In this document: in pieces, positions 44,748 through 54,214 of the stretch | How positions within the stretch are numbered: the first letter of the stretch is position 1 | How the letters are laid out: every line of letters begins with the position of its first letter | Source of the DNA: Planctomycetota bacterium | GTDB taxonomy: Bacteria > Planctomycetota > GCA-002687715 > DRQF01 | Assembly: GCA_041402125.1 (NCBI GenBank) | Contig: JAWKSY010000022.1 | Coordinates: 8,122-72,121, forward strand | Direction of reading: 5' to 3' | Length of the DNA: 64,000 bases | Position numbers and translations under genes: made by a program | The notes under the pieces: model-generated | Databases searched by the model: none | Seen by the model: the letters and a program-made list of their open reading frames with translations, nothing else | What the model was told of the DNA's origin: nothing

Positions 44748-47468
44748 TCACTCCAGTCCGAGTCGCCGGAGCCCGCTCGCGACGTGGAGGTCGCGGGCGT
44801 GCCCGAGATTCGCCTCGTCGACGACGCCCTCGATGCGGACTGCGTGCCAGTGGACCTGCAGGTCGGTGTGCGTCCGCAGGAACACGCGCCCTCCCTGCGT
44901 CGTGGCGCCGCTCAGGGCCGCCACCGGAGCGTCGTCGACCGAGCAGGCGACGCGTCCCTTCTCGTCCCGCACCATCGAGACCCGGTAGCTCCGATCGAAC
45001 TCGAGGGCGAGATCGCCGCCGACGAGCTCGGCGAGCATCCCCTTGCGCAGCGATCCGAGGCAGCTCACCAGCGACGAGATGATGAAACTGCGGCCGCCGT
45101 CGTCGGCGAAGGCGACCCCGAAGTCGAAGGTGTCGGCGCGAGTGCGGTCGCGACCCGAGCTGTCGACCGAGATCGTGTACTCGATCGCGATCCGACCGGT
45201 CAGCGGCAGTCGCCAGATGGCCGCGGCCGACCCGCTCATCACGAGTCCGGACTCGTTGATCTCGAAGGTCGGCTTGCGGCCGAGGATGGCGGTGGCGAGA
45301 TCCTGCTCGGGGCCGAGGTTGCCCGGGTAGGCGGCGTCCACCGTGAAGTCCGCGAGCTGCGCCGGGTCCTTGAAGTCGTAGTCCACGCGGAGGCGCTTTT
45401 TACCCAGGTCCTCGACCTTGCCCCGGAGGCCCCATCCGGCCGACGGATCGGCATCGAAGGTCATCGCGAGGAGATGCCGGGCGAAGCCCCGTCGCGCCTC
45501 GGCATCGGGAAGGTCCGCGATCTTCTCGCCCTCCGCGAGGCGTTCCATGGCATCGAGCCGCGCGCGGGCCTGCGCGGCGTCGGTGACGGGGGCGTGGTCG
45601 AAGGCGGAGAGGAAGTCGGCCAGGCGACGTCCGTCGGCGAGATCGCGGCGGATCGCCGGCGCCGCCTTCGCGAGGCCGTGGCCGCCGGGACCGATCTCGC
45701 GCTCCTTCCCCGGATCGGTGAGGAGGAGGAGGTAGGCCTCGATCCACTCCCGATCGTCCCGCATCATCTTGCGCCGGCGGGCCAGCTTCATGAGTCCGTC
45801 GACGCCGAGGTCGGACCAGGAGAGGAACTCGCCCTTGTCGAGCTCGATCCCCTCGTCGGTCCTCCCCGCCGCGCGACGACTGACGGTCTTGCCGCTCTCC
45901 GCGTCCGTGACCCGGAAGAACCAGCGCTCCTCGACGGCCCGCTCGCCGAACTCGCGCCGGAAGGCGAGCAGCTCCTCGAGGCGGGCCTTCTCCGCCGTGG
46001 CGGCGGCATCGGCCGGCGCGGCGAGCATCGCGAGGGCGTCGCGGATGGAGCCGCGCGCCGCCGCCTGACGCGCCGCGGTCAGGCGGTGGGCGGCGAGCTT
46101 CTCCGCCGGGACCAGCTTCGAGACGTCGTAGCCGCCGACCTCCTCGAGACCGCGCGGTCCGGAGCGTTTCGGTCCCTCGGTGACGAGCGACTTGAGGTCG
46201 GCGCGCGTCACCTCGCCGACGACCTCTCCGTTGCCGAGACGGAGCTTCACGAGCGCGTCGGTCGGTCGGCCCGCCAGGCGGGCGACGTGGGTCAGGAAAC
46301 GGCGCTCGAGCTGCACGAGATCGATCTCGCCGAGCGTGCTGAAGAACGCGTCCTTGGGCGCGAGACCGGACTGCGCGGCCGTGACGTAGCGGTGGAAGAC
46401 GTCGCGGTAGGCGCCGTCCTCGCCCTCCTCCAGGAACTGCACGAGGAGGAAGGACTGCGTGTAGAGGAACTCCAGCGAGGCCGACACCGCGAGCGGATTC
46501 GAGGAACGCTTCAGGGCCCGCAGGGCGGACTGCTGGTAGCTGTCGATCTCGACGAGATCCCGGATGGGGTGGATGAGCGGACGCATCGCATCCGATTCCA
46601 GCGCCTCGACGAACCGCTGGATGCGCGTGCGGTGATAGTCCGATCGGGCCAGGTCGCGGGGCGGTTCGGAACCCAGGTAGTCGGCCATTCCCTCCGCGTA
46701 CCAGATCGGCTTCGGCATCGCGTCGTCGCCCTGGCACCAGGCGTGCTGGAGCTGGTGCGCGAACTCGTGGAGGATGGCCGAGCGCTTCTCCTCGTCGAGG
46801 AACTGACGGTCCGTCGTCGAGAAGCTCCGCTCCCAGGTCACCGCGAGCCGGTTCTTGAACTGGTAGTGCGCGCGCGAGGACATCCCCTCGTAGCCCTGCG
46901 CCGTCATGTAGTCGTCGTAGGCGCCCTTCGAGGAGAGGATCGCGAGGCAGTAGTAGCCGAAGCCCTCGCGCAGCTTCAGTCCGAGCGGCTCGGCGTAGCG
47001 CTCGCGGAAGCCCTTCTCGAGACGGGTGAGCAGTTCGGCGTAGCCCTTCGCCAGCTCGTCGTAGTACGCGTCCTCGTCCTTCGGCGGCCGCTGGACGATG
47101 AAGAAGAAGGGCAGGGCCTCGACCTCCCGGTAGTCGACCGCCTTCAGGTAGGGATCCCGGTGGAGGGCGCGACGCACCTCGAAGTGACCGAGCCGCTTCG
47201 GATCGGAACGGATGAACTCGATCCTCGCCTTGACCTCCTTCACGTGGCTCGCCCAGGCCTCTCGTTCGGCGGCGAGCGCCCTGGCGTCGAGCTTCTTGCC
47301 CTCGATCTCCTTCCACCGCTTCGTGTCGAAGAGGATGGACCAGGTGCCGAGGTCGGCCTTGTCGAAGTCCTCGAGGTGCTCGTAGGGATCGAAGGTGACC
47401 GAGCGTTGCGCACGGAGCCCCGTCGAGGTCACGGCGATCACGAGGATCGCGATAGCGATGCGGATCAT
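44748..47468 (-). CDS. Large secreted protein (906 aa) with HExxH...E putative zinc-metallopeptidase motif; paralog A of a divergent pair
   Basis: The signal peptide is MIRIAIAILVIAVTSTGLRAQ. The HExxH motif is ILHEFAHQLQHAW, followed by WYAEGMADYLGS. It is paralogous over its whole length to 47709-50423. The 1942-aa track ORF is an artefact. Confidence 0.7.
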   Translation of the reverse strand: MIRIAIAILVIAVTSTGLRAQRSVTFDPYEHLEDFDKADLGTWSILFDTKRWKEIEGKKLDARALAAEREAWASHVKEVKARIEFIRSDPKRLGHFEVRRALHRDPYLKAVDYREVEALPFFFIVQRPPKDEDAYYDELAKGYAELLTRLEKGFRERYAEPLGLKLREGFGYYCLAILSSKGAYDDYMTAQGYEGMSSRAHYQFKNRLAVTWERSFSTTDRQFLDEEKRSAILHEFAHQLQHAWCQGDDAMPKPIWYAEGMADYLGSEPPRDLARSDYHRTRIQRFVEALESDAMRPLIHPIRDLVEIDSYQQSALRALKRSSNPLAVSASLEFLYTQSFLLVQFLEEGEDGAYRDVFHRYVTAAQSGLAPKDAFFSTLGEIDLVQLERRFLTHVARLAGRPTDALVKLRLGNGEVVGEVTRADLKSLVTEGPKRSGPRGLEEVGGYDVSKLVPAEKLAAHRLTAARQAAARGSIRDALAMLAAPADAAATAEKARLEELLAFRREFGERAVEERWFFRVTDAESGKTVSRRAAGRTDEGIELDKGEFLSWSDLGVDGLMKLARRRKMMRDDREWIEAYLLLLTDPGKEREIGPGGHGLAKAAPAIRRDLADGRRLADFLSAFDHAPVTDAAQARARLDAMERLAEGEKIADLPDAEARRGFARHLLAMTFDADPSAGWGLRGKVEDLGKKRLRVDYDFKDPAQLADFTVDAAYPGNLGPEQDLATAILGRKPTFEINESGLVMSGSAAAIWRLPLTGRIAIEYTISVDSSGRDRTRADTFDFGVAFADDGGRSFIISSLVSCLGSLRKGMLAELVGGDLALEFDRSYRVSMVRDEKGRVACSVDDAPVAALSGATTQGGRVFLRTHTDLQVHWHAVRIEGVVDEANLGHARDLHVASGLRRLGLE

Positions 47469-47708
47469 GGTCTTCGTCCGTGTCGGGCCCGATGCTGATG
47501 CGCATCCGGCCGGCCTGAATCCGGCCCCATGATAGCGGCGTCGACCGTCGGGAGTCGACCCGTCGACTCCCGACCCCGGTCGCCGGCGGGATCGTCCCCT
47601 CGCCTCCGGCCGAAATTGGACCGGTCCGCCCGGAGTCCGATAGAATCCGCGCCGTTCAGGCCGTCGCGGGCCGGGCCCCGCGCATTCCCACCGACTCCGG
47701 GGTCCCCG

Positions 47709-50423
47709 ATGTTCCGTCTCGCCCTTCTGGCCCTCCTGCTGACGACCGCCGGCTCGGTCGTCGCCCAGACGCGCTCCTTCGACCCCTGGAAGGACCTCAC
47801 CGGCTACGAGGAGGCGACGCGCGGCGAGTGGCAGTCCTTCTGCGACGTCGAGAAGTGGCGGGCGCGGCTCGGACTCGAGGTGGACGCGGCCGGGCTGGCG
47901 CGCCTCCGGGAGGAATGGACGGCGGAGAAGAAGGCGATCGACGAGAAGATCGTCGCGATCCTCGCCGACCCCCACGGGCGCTCGCGATTCCACCTCCGTC
48001 GGGTGCTCGAGTCCGACCCCTACCTGAAGGCGGTCGATTACCGCGAGATCGAGATCGCTCCCTTCTGCTTCGTCATCCAGCGTCCGCCGAAGGACGATCC
48101 GGAGTACTACCAGGACGTGGCGGATGCCTACGCCGGGGTGCTCCGCGACGTGGAGAAGGACTTCCGTCGGCTCCTGGTGGAACCCCTGAAGCTGACCCTG
48201 CGGCCGAAGCACGGTTTCTTCGGACTCGTCATCCTCGCCTCGGAGGGGAGCTACGTCGACTTCCTGAAGGCGCACCGGATCGCGACCGTGGCGAGCCGGG
48301 CGCACTACGATCCCGCGACGCGGCTGTCCGTGAGCTGGGAGCGGAGTTTCGGGCGCGGCTCCGCGAAGCACCTCGACGAGGAGAAGCGGATCGCCCTGCG
48401 CCACGAGCTGGTCCACGCGCTGCAATGGGCCTACATCGCGCGCCCGGCCGGAAAGCGACTCCCGGTCTGGCTCTCGGAAGGACTGGCCGAGTTCTTCGCG
48501 TACGGCCCGGGCGCGGATCCCGCCCCGGATTCGCTGGCGGCGCTTCGGATCCGCAACGTGCTCGACCTGCTCGCGTCCGAGACGGGTCAGCGTTACCTCC
48601 ATCCGATCCCGGATCTCGTCGAGATCCAGAGCTACGCCCAGTCGACGGACTTCGCGAAGCGACGGACCCAGGACCCCCGGGCGGAAGGGCGAGAGGTCGG
48701 CGGGCTCTACGGGCTCTCCTATCTCCTCGTCGAGTTCCTGCACGAGGCCCGGGGCGGCGCCTACCGCCCGCGCTTGCTCGACCTCGTCCGTCGGCTGGGC
48801 GCGGGGGAGGAGGCGGCGGCCGCCTTCTCGGGCGCCTTCGAGGGCATCTCGCCGGAGACGCTCGAGGCCGAGCTCATCGAGCGCGCCGCGCGCCTCGGGA
48901 GACGCGATCTCGCCGAGTTCGAGCACCGCAGTCTCGGCGGCGGCGTCCGCGTCGGATCGACCGCCCGGCCCGACGCCGCGGTGGCGGAGACGGCGCCGGC
49001 GGGGAAGCGTCGTCCGCCGCTCGGCCTGACGCCGGCCGAGCCCGTCGATTTCCGCTTCTTCGGCTCGATCTACACCTCGCCGGATTCCGGACGGATCGCG
49101 GTGCGCAAGATGCTCGCCGCCTTCGACATCGAGGGGGCGGAGCGGTTGCTCGCGCCCGTCAAGATCCAGCGGGCCTACGAGATCGGGCGGGAGGCCGCCC
49201 GACTCGCCAAGCTCAAGCGGGCCTTCGACGTGGTCGGGACCCGCGCGATCGAGGAGCGCTGGCTGGTTCCGGTCGAGGTCGACGGGAAGCGCGTGCATCG
49301 AAGGGTGCAGGCGGTGCACGACGACGGGCTCGAGCTCGATCGCGTCGGGCGCATCCGCTGGTCCGATCTCGGCGCGGCCGAGTTCCAGAAGCTCGGTCGC
49401 AAGAAGAAGATCTTCACCGGCGCCCTCGCCGAGCTCGACGACTACCTGCGGCTCCTGTCGGATCCGGAGGGCGCGAGGATCGCGGACGACGCCGAGAAGG
49501 AGATCAGGCAGGACGCGGAGAGGATCCGGGCCGACGTCCTCGATCCCCGCCCCTGGCTCGCCTACCGGCGCCTCTCCGCGGCGGTCTTCATCGACGACCC
49601 CGAGGTCGCCCGGCGGCGCCTCGCCGATCTCGAGGAGGTCTGCCGCGACGAGGTCCTCGTCGCGACCGTCGATCGCGAGAAGCTGGTCGAGTACGCGACC
49701 GCGCTCCTGAAGCTCGCCTTCCGGTGCGACGCCGGAACCAACTACGGTCTCGTCCGTCCGGTCGAGACGACGCCCGAGGGGCGCCTCCGCGTGAGCTACG
49801 ACTTCGCCGACGAGGCCCAGCTCGCCGACTTCCACTTCGGTTCCTATCCCCATGCGCTCTCGGACGAGGTCGACCTCTCGATCGGAGGCGGCGCGGTCCC
49901 TCGGATCCGGGCCCTCGCCAACGGCGGGCTCGAGGTGTCGGGCTCGGCGACCGGGCTCTGGCGTCTGCCGCTGAAGGGGAGGGTCATGGTGAGCTACCGC
50001 GTCGCCATCATCGAGGTGGCGAAGGGGAAGCTGGGTCGCCTCGACTTCGGCGCCGGGCTCGCGGACGACGGCGGCAAGAGCTTCCTCCTCGCCTCGCTCA
50101 ACGGTTCGCTCGCGGAGTTCCGCGGCGGCGTGATGACGAAGGTCGCCTCGACGACGTTCGCCCATCCGCGCGTCCTCGAGGACTACCAGGTGACGGTCGT
50201 TCGCGCGCCCGAGGGCGGGATCACCGCCCACGTCGACGGCGAGCTCGCGTCCGAGATCGAGAACACCACGGCGGACGGCGGCCGGATCTTCCTGCGCGCG
50301 CACACCGCCGCCCGGATCCGCTGGCTCGGGCTCGTCATCGAGGGCGAGCTCGACCGGGAGAACCTCGGGCACGCGCGCGACGCCTGGGTGGCGGCCGGCC
50401 TGCGACGACTGGGTCTGAACTGA
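47709..50423 (+). CDS. Large secreted protein (904 aa) with HExxH...E putative zinc-metallopeptidase motif; paralog B of a divergent pair
   Basis: The signal peptide is MFRLALLALLLTTAGSVVAQ. The HExxH motif is LRHELVHALQWAY, followed by WLSEGLAEFFAYG. Blocks shared with paralog A include DPYLKAVDYRE, FVIQRPPKD, SWERSF and the C-terminal GGRIFLRAHT ... ENLGHARD ... GLRRLGL. Confidence 0.7.
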   Translation: MFRLALLALLLTTAGSVVAQTRSFDPWKDLTGYEEATRGEWQSFCDVEKWRARLGLEVDAAGLARLREEWTAEKKAIDEKIVAILADPHGRSRFHLRRVLESDPYLKAVDYREIEIAPFCFVIQRPPKDDPEYYQDVADAYAGVLRDVEKDFRRLLVEPLKLTLRPKHGFFGLVILASEGSYVDFLKAHRIATVASRAHYDPATRLSVSWERSFGRGSAKHLDEEKRIALRHELVHALQWAYIARPAGKRLPVWLSEGLAEFFAYGPGADPAPDSLAALRIRNVLDLLASETGQRYLHPIPDLVEIQSYAQSTDFAKRRTQDPRAEGREVGGLYGLSYLLVEFLHEARGGAYRPRLLDLVRRLGAGEEAAAAFSGAFEGISPETLEAELIERAARLGRRDLAEFEHRSLGGGVRVGSTARPDAAVAETAPAGKRRPPLGLTPAEPVDFRFFGSIYTSPDSGRIAVRKMLAAFDIEGAERLLAPVKIQRAYEIGREAARLAKLKRAFDVVGTRAIEERWLVPVEVDGKRVHRRVQAVHDDGLELDRVGRIRWSDLGAAEFQKLGRKKKIFTGALAELDDYLRLLSDPEGARIADDAEKEIRQDAERIRADVLDPRPWLAYRRLSAAVFIDDPEVARRRLADLEEVCRDEVLVATVDREKLVEYATALLKLAFRCDAGTNYGLVRPVETTPEGRLRVSYDFADEAQLADFHFGSYPHALSDEVDLSIGGGAVPRIRALANGGLEVSGSATGLWRLPLKGRVMVSYRVAIIEVAKGKLGRLDFGAGLADDGGKSFLLASLNGSLAEFRGGVMTKVASTTFAHPRVLEDYQVTVVRAPEGGITAHVDGELASEIENTTADGGRIFLRAHTAARIRWLGLVIEGELDRENLGHARDAWVAAGLRRLGLN

Positions 50424-50454
50424 ATCGCCCCCTCGCGGAGGAGGAGAGCCGCCC

Positions 50455-50952
50455 ATGGAATCCATCGAGCTGATCCGCGGGAACCTCCGGAAGAGCCGCG
50501 ACATCGTTCTCTCGAAGATCGAGGCGATGCGGGAGCACGGTCTCGTCTTCCCGACGCCGCGGGGCGGATCCCACACGATCTGGGTCCTCGGCCACCTCGC
50601 CTACATCGAGGGGCTCGTCGTCACGCGATTCGCGATGGGGGAGGACCATCCCCGCCCCGAGTGGAAGGAGATCTTCGACGGCGGCGAGGTCCCGGCGGAC
50701 CCGACCGCGTTCCCGGGCTTCGACGAGACGCTCGCGGTCTGTCGCGCCGCCCGCGAGGAGACGATCGCGCGCCTGGACGGTTTTTCTGAGGCCGATCTCG
50801 ACCGGCCGAGCCCCGGCTGCCCCGCGGGCGTCGAGGACACCTTCGGCACCTGGCGACACTGCTTCCAGTTCGTCGCCGACCACTGGTACATGCACCGCGG
50901 CCAGCTCGCCGACGCCCGCCGGGCCGCCGCGATCGACCGCATGTGGTTCTGA
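50455..50952 (+). CDS. DinB-family (DinB_2 / YfiT-like) metal-dependent hydrolase-fold protein
   Basis: The product reads IWVLGHLAYIEGLVV ... VADHWYMHRGQLADARR. Confidence 0.8.
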   Translation: MESIELIRGNLRKSRDIVLSKIEAMREHGLVFPTPRGGSHTIWVLGHLAYIEGLVVTRFAMGEDHPRPEWKEIFDGGEVPADPTAFPGFDETLAVCRAAREETIARLDGFSEADLDRPSPGCPAGVEDTFGTWRHCFQFVADHWYMHRGQLADARRAAAIDRMWF

Positions 50953-51048
50953 TCCGCCCCCGGCGACCCCGCGCGCGCCGACCTTGACGGGAGCGCGTCG
51001 CGGAGGGTCTGCTGGTCTCGTTGCTCGGCCCCCCCTCCGGAGTCCGCG

Positions 51049-53151
51049 ATGAAGCGCGCCGCCCTGGCCCTCGTCCTCGTCGTCATCAGCCCCGCCCTGC
51101 ATGCGCAGGACCCCGCCCCCGGGAGCCGGATGGTTCCGGAGGGAGCCTCCGTCGAGGAGGTCGTCCGCGCGGCGGCGGAGGTGCGGCCGCACCTGCGGCA
51201 GGTGGTGTGGCAGGAGATGGGGTTCACCGCCTTCGTCCACTTCGGGATGAACACCTTCACCGATCGAGAGTGGGGGGAGGGGAACGAGGATCCGGCTCTC
51301 TTCGACCCGAAGGAATTCGACGCGGACCAGTGGGTCGCGAGCTTCCGCGCCGCGGGGATGAAGGGGCTCGTGCTGACGGCGAAGCACCACGACGGCTTCT
51401 GTCTCTGGCCGACGAGGACGACGCCGCACTCGGTCGCGGCGAGCCCCTTCCGCGACGGGAAGGGGGACGTCGTCGGCGAGGTGGCGGCGGCCTGCCGTCG
51501 CGCCGGGCTGCGCTTCGGGATCTACCTCTCGCCCTGGGACCGGAACGCGAAGAGCTTCGGGACGAAGGAATACGACGAGCTCTTCCACGCCCAGCTCCGC
51601 GAGCTGATGACGGACTACGGACCGCTCTACGACGTCTGGTTCGACGGGGCGCACGCGCCGGCGGACCGACCCGAGATCTTCGACTGGGCGCGCCACTTCG
51701 CGCTGGTGCGGAAGCTCCAGCCCATGGCCTGCCTCTCGATCGTCGGGCCCGACGTCCGCTGGTGCGGCAACGAGGCCGGGCGGACGCGGGCCGAGGAGTG
51801 GAGCGTCGTGCCCCTGCCGACCGACCTTTCGGCGGCGGCGGAGGAGGACTGGCGCGTCGCGGCCGCCTACCGGTCGGTGGACGTCCAGGCCGCGGATCTC
51901 GGCTCGCGGGCGCGGCTCGCGGGCGCGCGGCGGCTCGTCTGGTGGCCGGCGGTGACGAATACCTCGATCCGGCCGGGCTGGTTCCACCATCCGGCCGAGG
52001 ACGGGAGCCTGAAGGGGCTCCTCGAGCTCTTCGACCTCTGGGTCGCGGCGGTGGGGGGGAACGGACACCTCCTGCTGAACGTCCCGCCGGACCGGCGGGG
52101 ACGCATCGCCGAGGGAGACGCGGCGCGTCTCGCCGAGCTGGGCGCGCTGCTCGACGCGACCTTCGGGCGTGACCTCGCCGCGGACGCGACGCGCAAGAAC
52201 TACGGGGGCCGCGTCCTCGAGGTGATCTTTCCCGAGGCGCGCGCGGCGAGCTTCCTCGACGTGCGCGAGGACGTGGAGTCGTCCAGCCAGCGCGTCGAGA
52301 GCTTCCGCCTCGACGCCTTCGACGGGAACGCCTGGCGCGAGGTCTCGCGCGGGTCGACGATCGGCATGCGCCGGATCCTGCGGTTGCCGACGACGCCCGC
52401 GCGCGGCTGGCGAGTCTGGGTGACCTCGTCCCGCGGGGCGCCGGCGCTTGCCGCGTTGAGCGTCCACCGCACTCCCGATCTGCTCGACGCCCCCCGCATC
52501 GATCGCGATCGCGAGGGGCGGGTGAGCCTCACCGCGCCGGGCGCGGGGTCCATCCTCTTCACCGTGGACGGGAGCGAGCCGGGGGAGGGGTCGAGCGTCT
52601 ACCTCGGGCCCTTCCCGCTGCCGGAGGGAGGGCGCGTCCGCGCGCGGGCGGTGCCGAAGGCGGGAGCGGCGGTCTTCGCGGCCGCGGGCGCCTCGCAGTC
52701 GGAGCGCCGTTTCGGCCTCGCCAAGGGCGGCTGGCGCATCCACGCCGTGAGCAGCGAGCAGGCGCCCGCGGAAGCGGCGGCGCTCGCGATCGACGAGGAC
52801 CCCGACACGCTCTGGCACACGCGCTACTCGCCCGACACCCCGAAGCACCCGCACTCCATCACCCTCGATCTCGGGGCCGAACGCGCGGTGGGCTCGGTCC
52901 TCTACACCCCGCGGCGCGGGCAGGGGAACGGCACGATCCTCCGCCTCGCCATCGAGGTCTCGCGCGACGGAAAGACCTGGGAGACGGCGGTCCCGGCCCG
53001 GGAGCTCGAGAACATGAAGGCCTCGCCGACGCCCCGGGAGATCCCGTTCGACGCTCCCCGGCGGGTTCGTTACCTTCGCCTCGTGGCGCTCGAGGAGATC
53101 GCCGGGCGGCCCTGGGCCAGCGCGGCGGAGATCGACGTCTTCGCCCCCTGA
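51049..53151 (+). CDS. GH29 alpha-L-fucosidase with C-terminal F5/8 type C (discoidin) domain, signal peptide
   Basis: The GH29 core reads GMKGLVLTAKHHDGFCLWPT, FGIYLSPWDRN and YGPLYDVWFDGA. The C-terminal F5/8-C-like region reads AIDEDPDTLWHTRYSPD ... LRLVALEEIAGRPWASAAEIDVF. Confidence 0.9.
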   Translation: MKRAALALVLVVISPALHAQDPAPGSRMVPEGASVEEVVRAAAEVRPHLRQVVWQEMGFTAFVHFGMNTFTDREWGEGNEDPALFDPKEFDADQWVASFRAAGMKGLVLTAKHHDGFCLWPTRTTPHSVAASPFRDGKGDVVGEVAAACRRAGLRFGIYLSPWDRNAKSFGTKEYDELFHAQLRELMTDYGPLYDVWFDGAHAPADRPEIFDWARHFALVRKLQPMACLSIVGPDVRWCGNEAGRTRAEEWSVVPLPTDLSAAAEEDWRVAAAYRSVDVQAADLGSRARLAGARRLVWWPAVTNTSIRPGWFHHPAEDGSLKGLLELFDLWVAAVGGNGHLLLNVPPDRRGRIAEGDAARLAELGALLDATFGRDLAADATRKNYGGRVLEVIFPEARAASFLDVREDVESSSQRVESFRLDAFDGNAWREVSRGSTIGMRRILRLPTTPARGWRVWVTSSRGAPALAALSVHRTPDLLDAPRIDRDREGRVSLTAPGAGSILFTVDGSEPGEGSSVYLGPFPLPEGGRVRARAVPKAGAAVFAAAGASQSERRFGLAKGGWRIHAVSSEQAPAEAAALAIDEDPDTLWHTRYSPDTPKHPHSITLDLGAERAVGSVLYTPRRGQGNGTILRLAIEVSRDGKTWETAVPARELENMKASPTPREIPFDAPRRVRYLRLVALEEIAGRPWASAAEIDVFAP

Positions 53152-53218
53152 GATCGGCGCGGAGACCCCGCGCGCCCGCGAACGGACCCCTCGCGATCCC
53201 TGCGCCCCGGAACCCGAG

Positions 53219-54214
53219 ATGCGCCTCTTCGTCTGGATGTTCGCCCTCGGAGTCACGGGAGCCGTCGTGGCCCTCGTGCTCGGGGCCTTGCGCGCCGAGC
53301 GGCGCCCGCCGACCCTGCCTCGCGTGGAGGCGGAGGGAGCGGCCCGCCGCGTGATCTCGAGCGACGGCGTCACGCTCGAGTTCGCGCGACCGCCGCGCCT
53401 GATCCTGCCCACGAACGCGAGCGTCGTCGACCTGCTCGATGCCCTGGTGGGCCCCGAGCGCATCGCGGCGCTGCCCGAACAGGCCTTCCGCTGGTCGCGC
53501 CTCGCGCGCGACCGGGCCGGCTACGAGAAGCACCCCGTCTTCGCCCAGTACGAGGCCGAGACGGTCCTGGACCTCGCGCCCGATCTCGTCATCGCCTCGG
53601 CCTTCAACAACCCCGACACCCACGCGCGGCTCCGCGAGCGCGGCGTCGCGGTGCTGCGACTCGACGTCCGCAACTCCCTCGACGACGTCATGAAGGCGCT
53701 GCGGATGCTGGGATCCTTGCTCGGCGTCGAGGAGCGCGCGGAGACGGTCTGCGCGGAGATCGAGGCCCGGCGGGAGCGGTTGTGCGCCGACGCGGCCGAC
53801 CTCGACGGCATCACCGCCGTCTCCTACTCGAACGTCGGGAGCGGCGGCTGGAGCTTCGGCGCCGACTCCACGATCGACGAGGTCTTCCGCCTCGCCGGCC
53901 TCCGCAACGCGGCGGCGCGGGGCGGGCGCACGGGGTCGATCACGATGAGCTTCGAACAACTCGTCGATCTCGATCCGGACCTGGTCGTGATGGGCGGGGA
54001 CGAGGGGCAGTCGACGAGCGCCGAGGTGCTGCGCGGCGAGGCCGCGCTCGACGGTCTGCGCGCGCGGCGCCGGGACGCCTTCGTCATCCTGCCGCCCGAG
54101 CTCGCCTCGACGAGCTCGCAGGAGATGCTGACCGCGGCGGAGTTCCTCGTCGGCGAGGTGCGGCGGCTGCGGGAGGCGGGCCGGATCGAGCGGAGGCCCG
54201 GCGATGGCCGCTGA
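53219..54214 (+). CDS. ABC transporter periplasmic substrate-binding protein, iron-siderophore/cobalamin (FecB/BtuF) class
   Basis: The product has class-III SBP architecture, with PDLVIASAFNNP and VDLDPDLVVMGG. It is followed by FecCD and FecE genes. Confidence 0.75.
   Translation: MRLFVWMFALGVTGAVVALVLGALRAERRPPTLPRVEAEGAARRVISSDGVTLEFARPPRLILPTNASVVDLLDALVGPERIAALPEQAFRWSRLARDRAGYEKHPVFAQYEAETVLDLAPDLVIASAFNNPDTHARLRERGVAVLRLDVRNSLDDVMKALRMLGSLLGVEERAETVCAEIEARRERLCADAADLDGITAVSYSNVGSGGWSFGADSTIDEVFRLAGLRNAAARGGRTGSITMSFEQLVDLDPDLVVMGGDEGQSTSAEVLRGEAALDGLRARRRDAFVILPPELASTSSQEMLTAAEFLVGEVRRLREAGRIERRPGDGR

Noticed and set aside
44748-50576. 1942-aa minus-strand ORF
   Set aside because: It is a read-through artefact. 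The real minus-strand gene is 44748-47468, starting MIRIAIAILV. The upstream part is antisense to the plus-strand paralog at 47709-50423.
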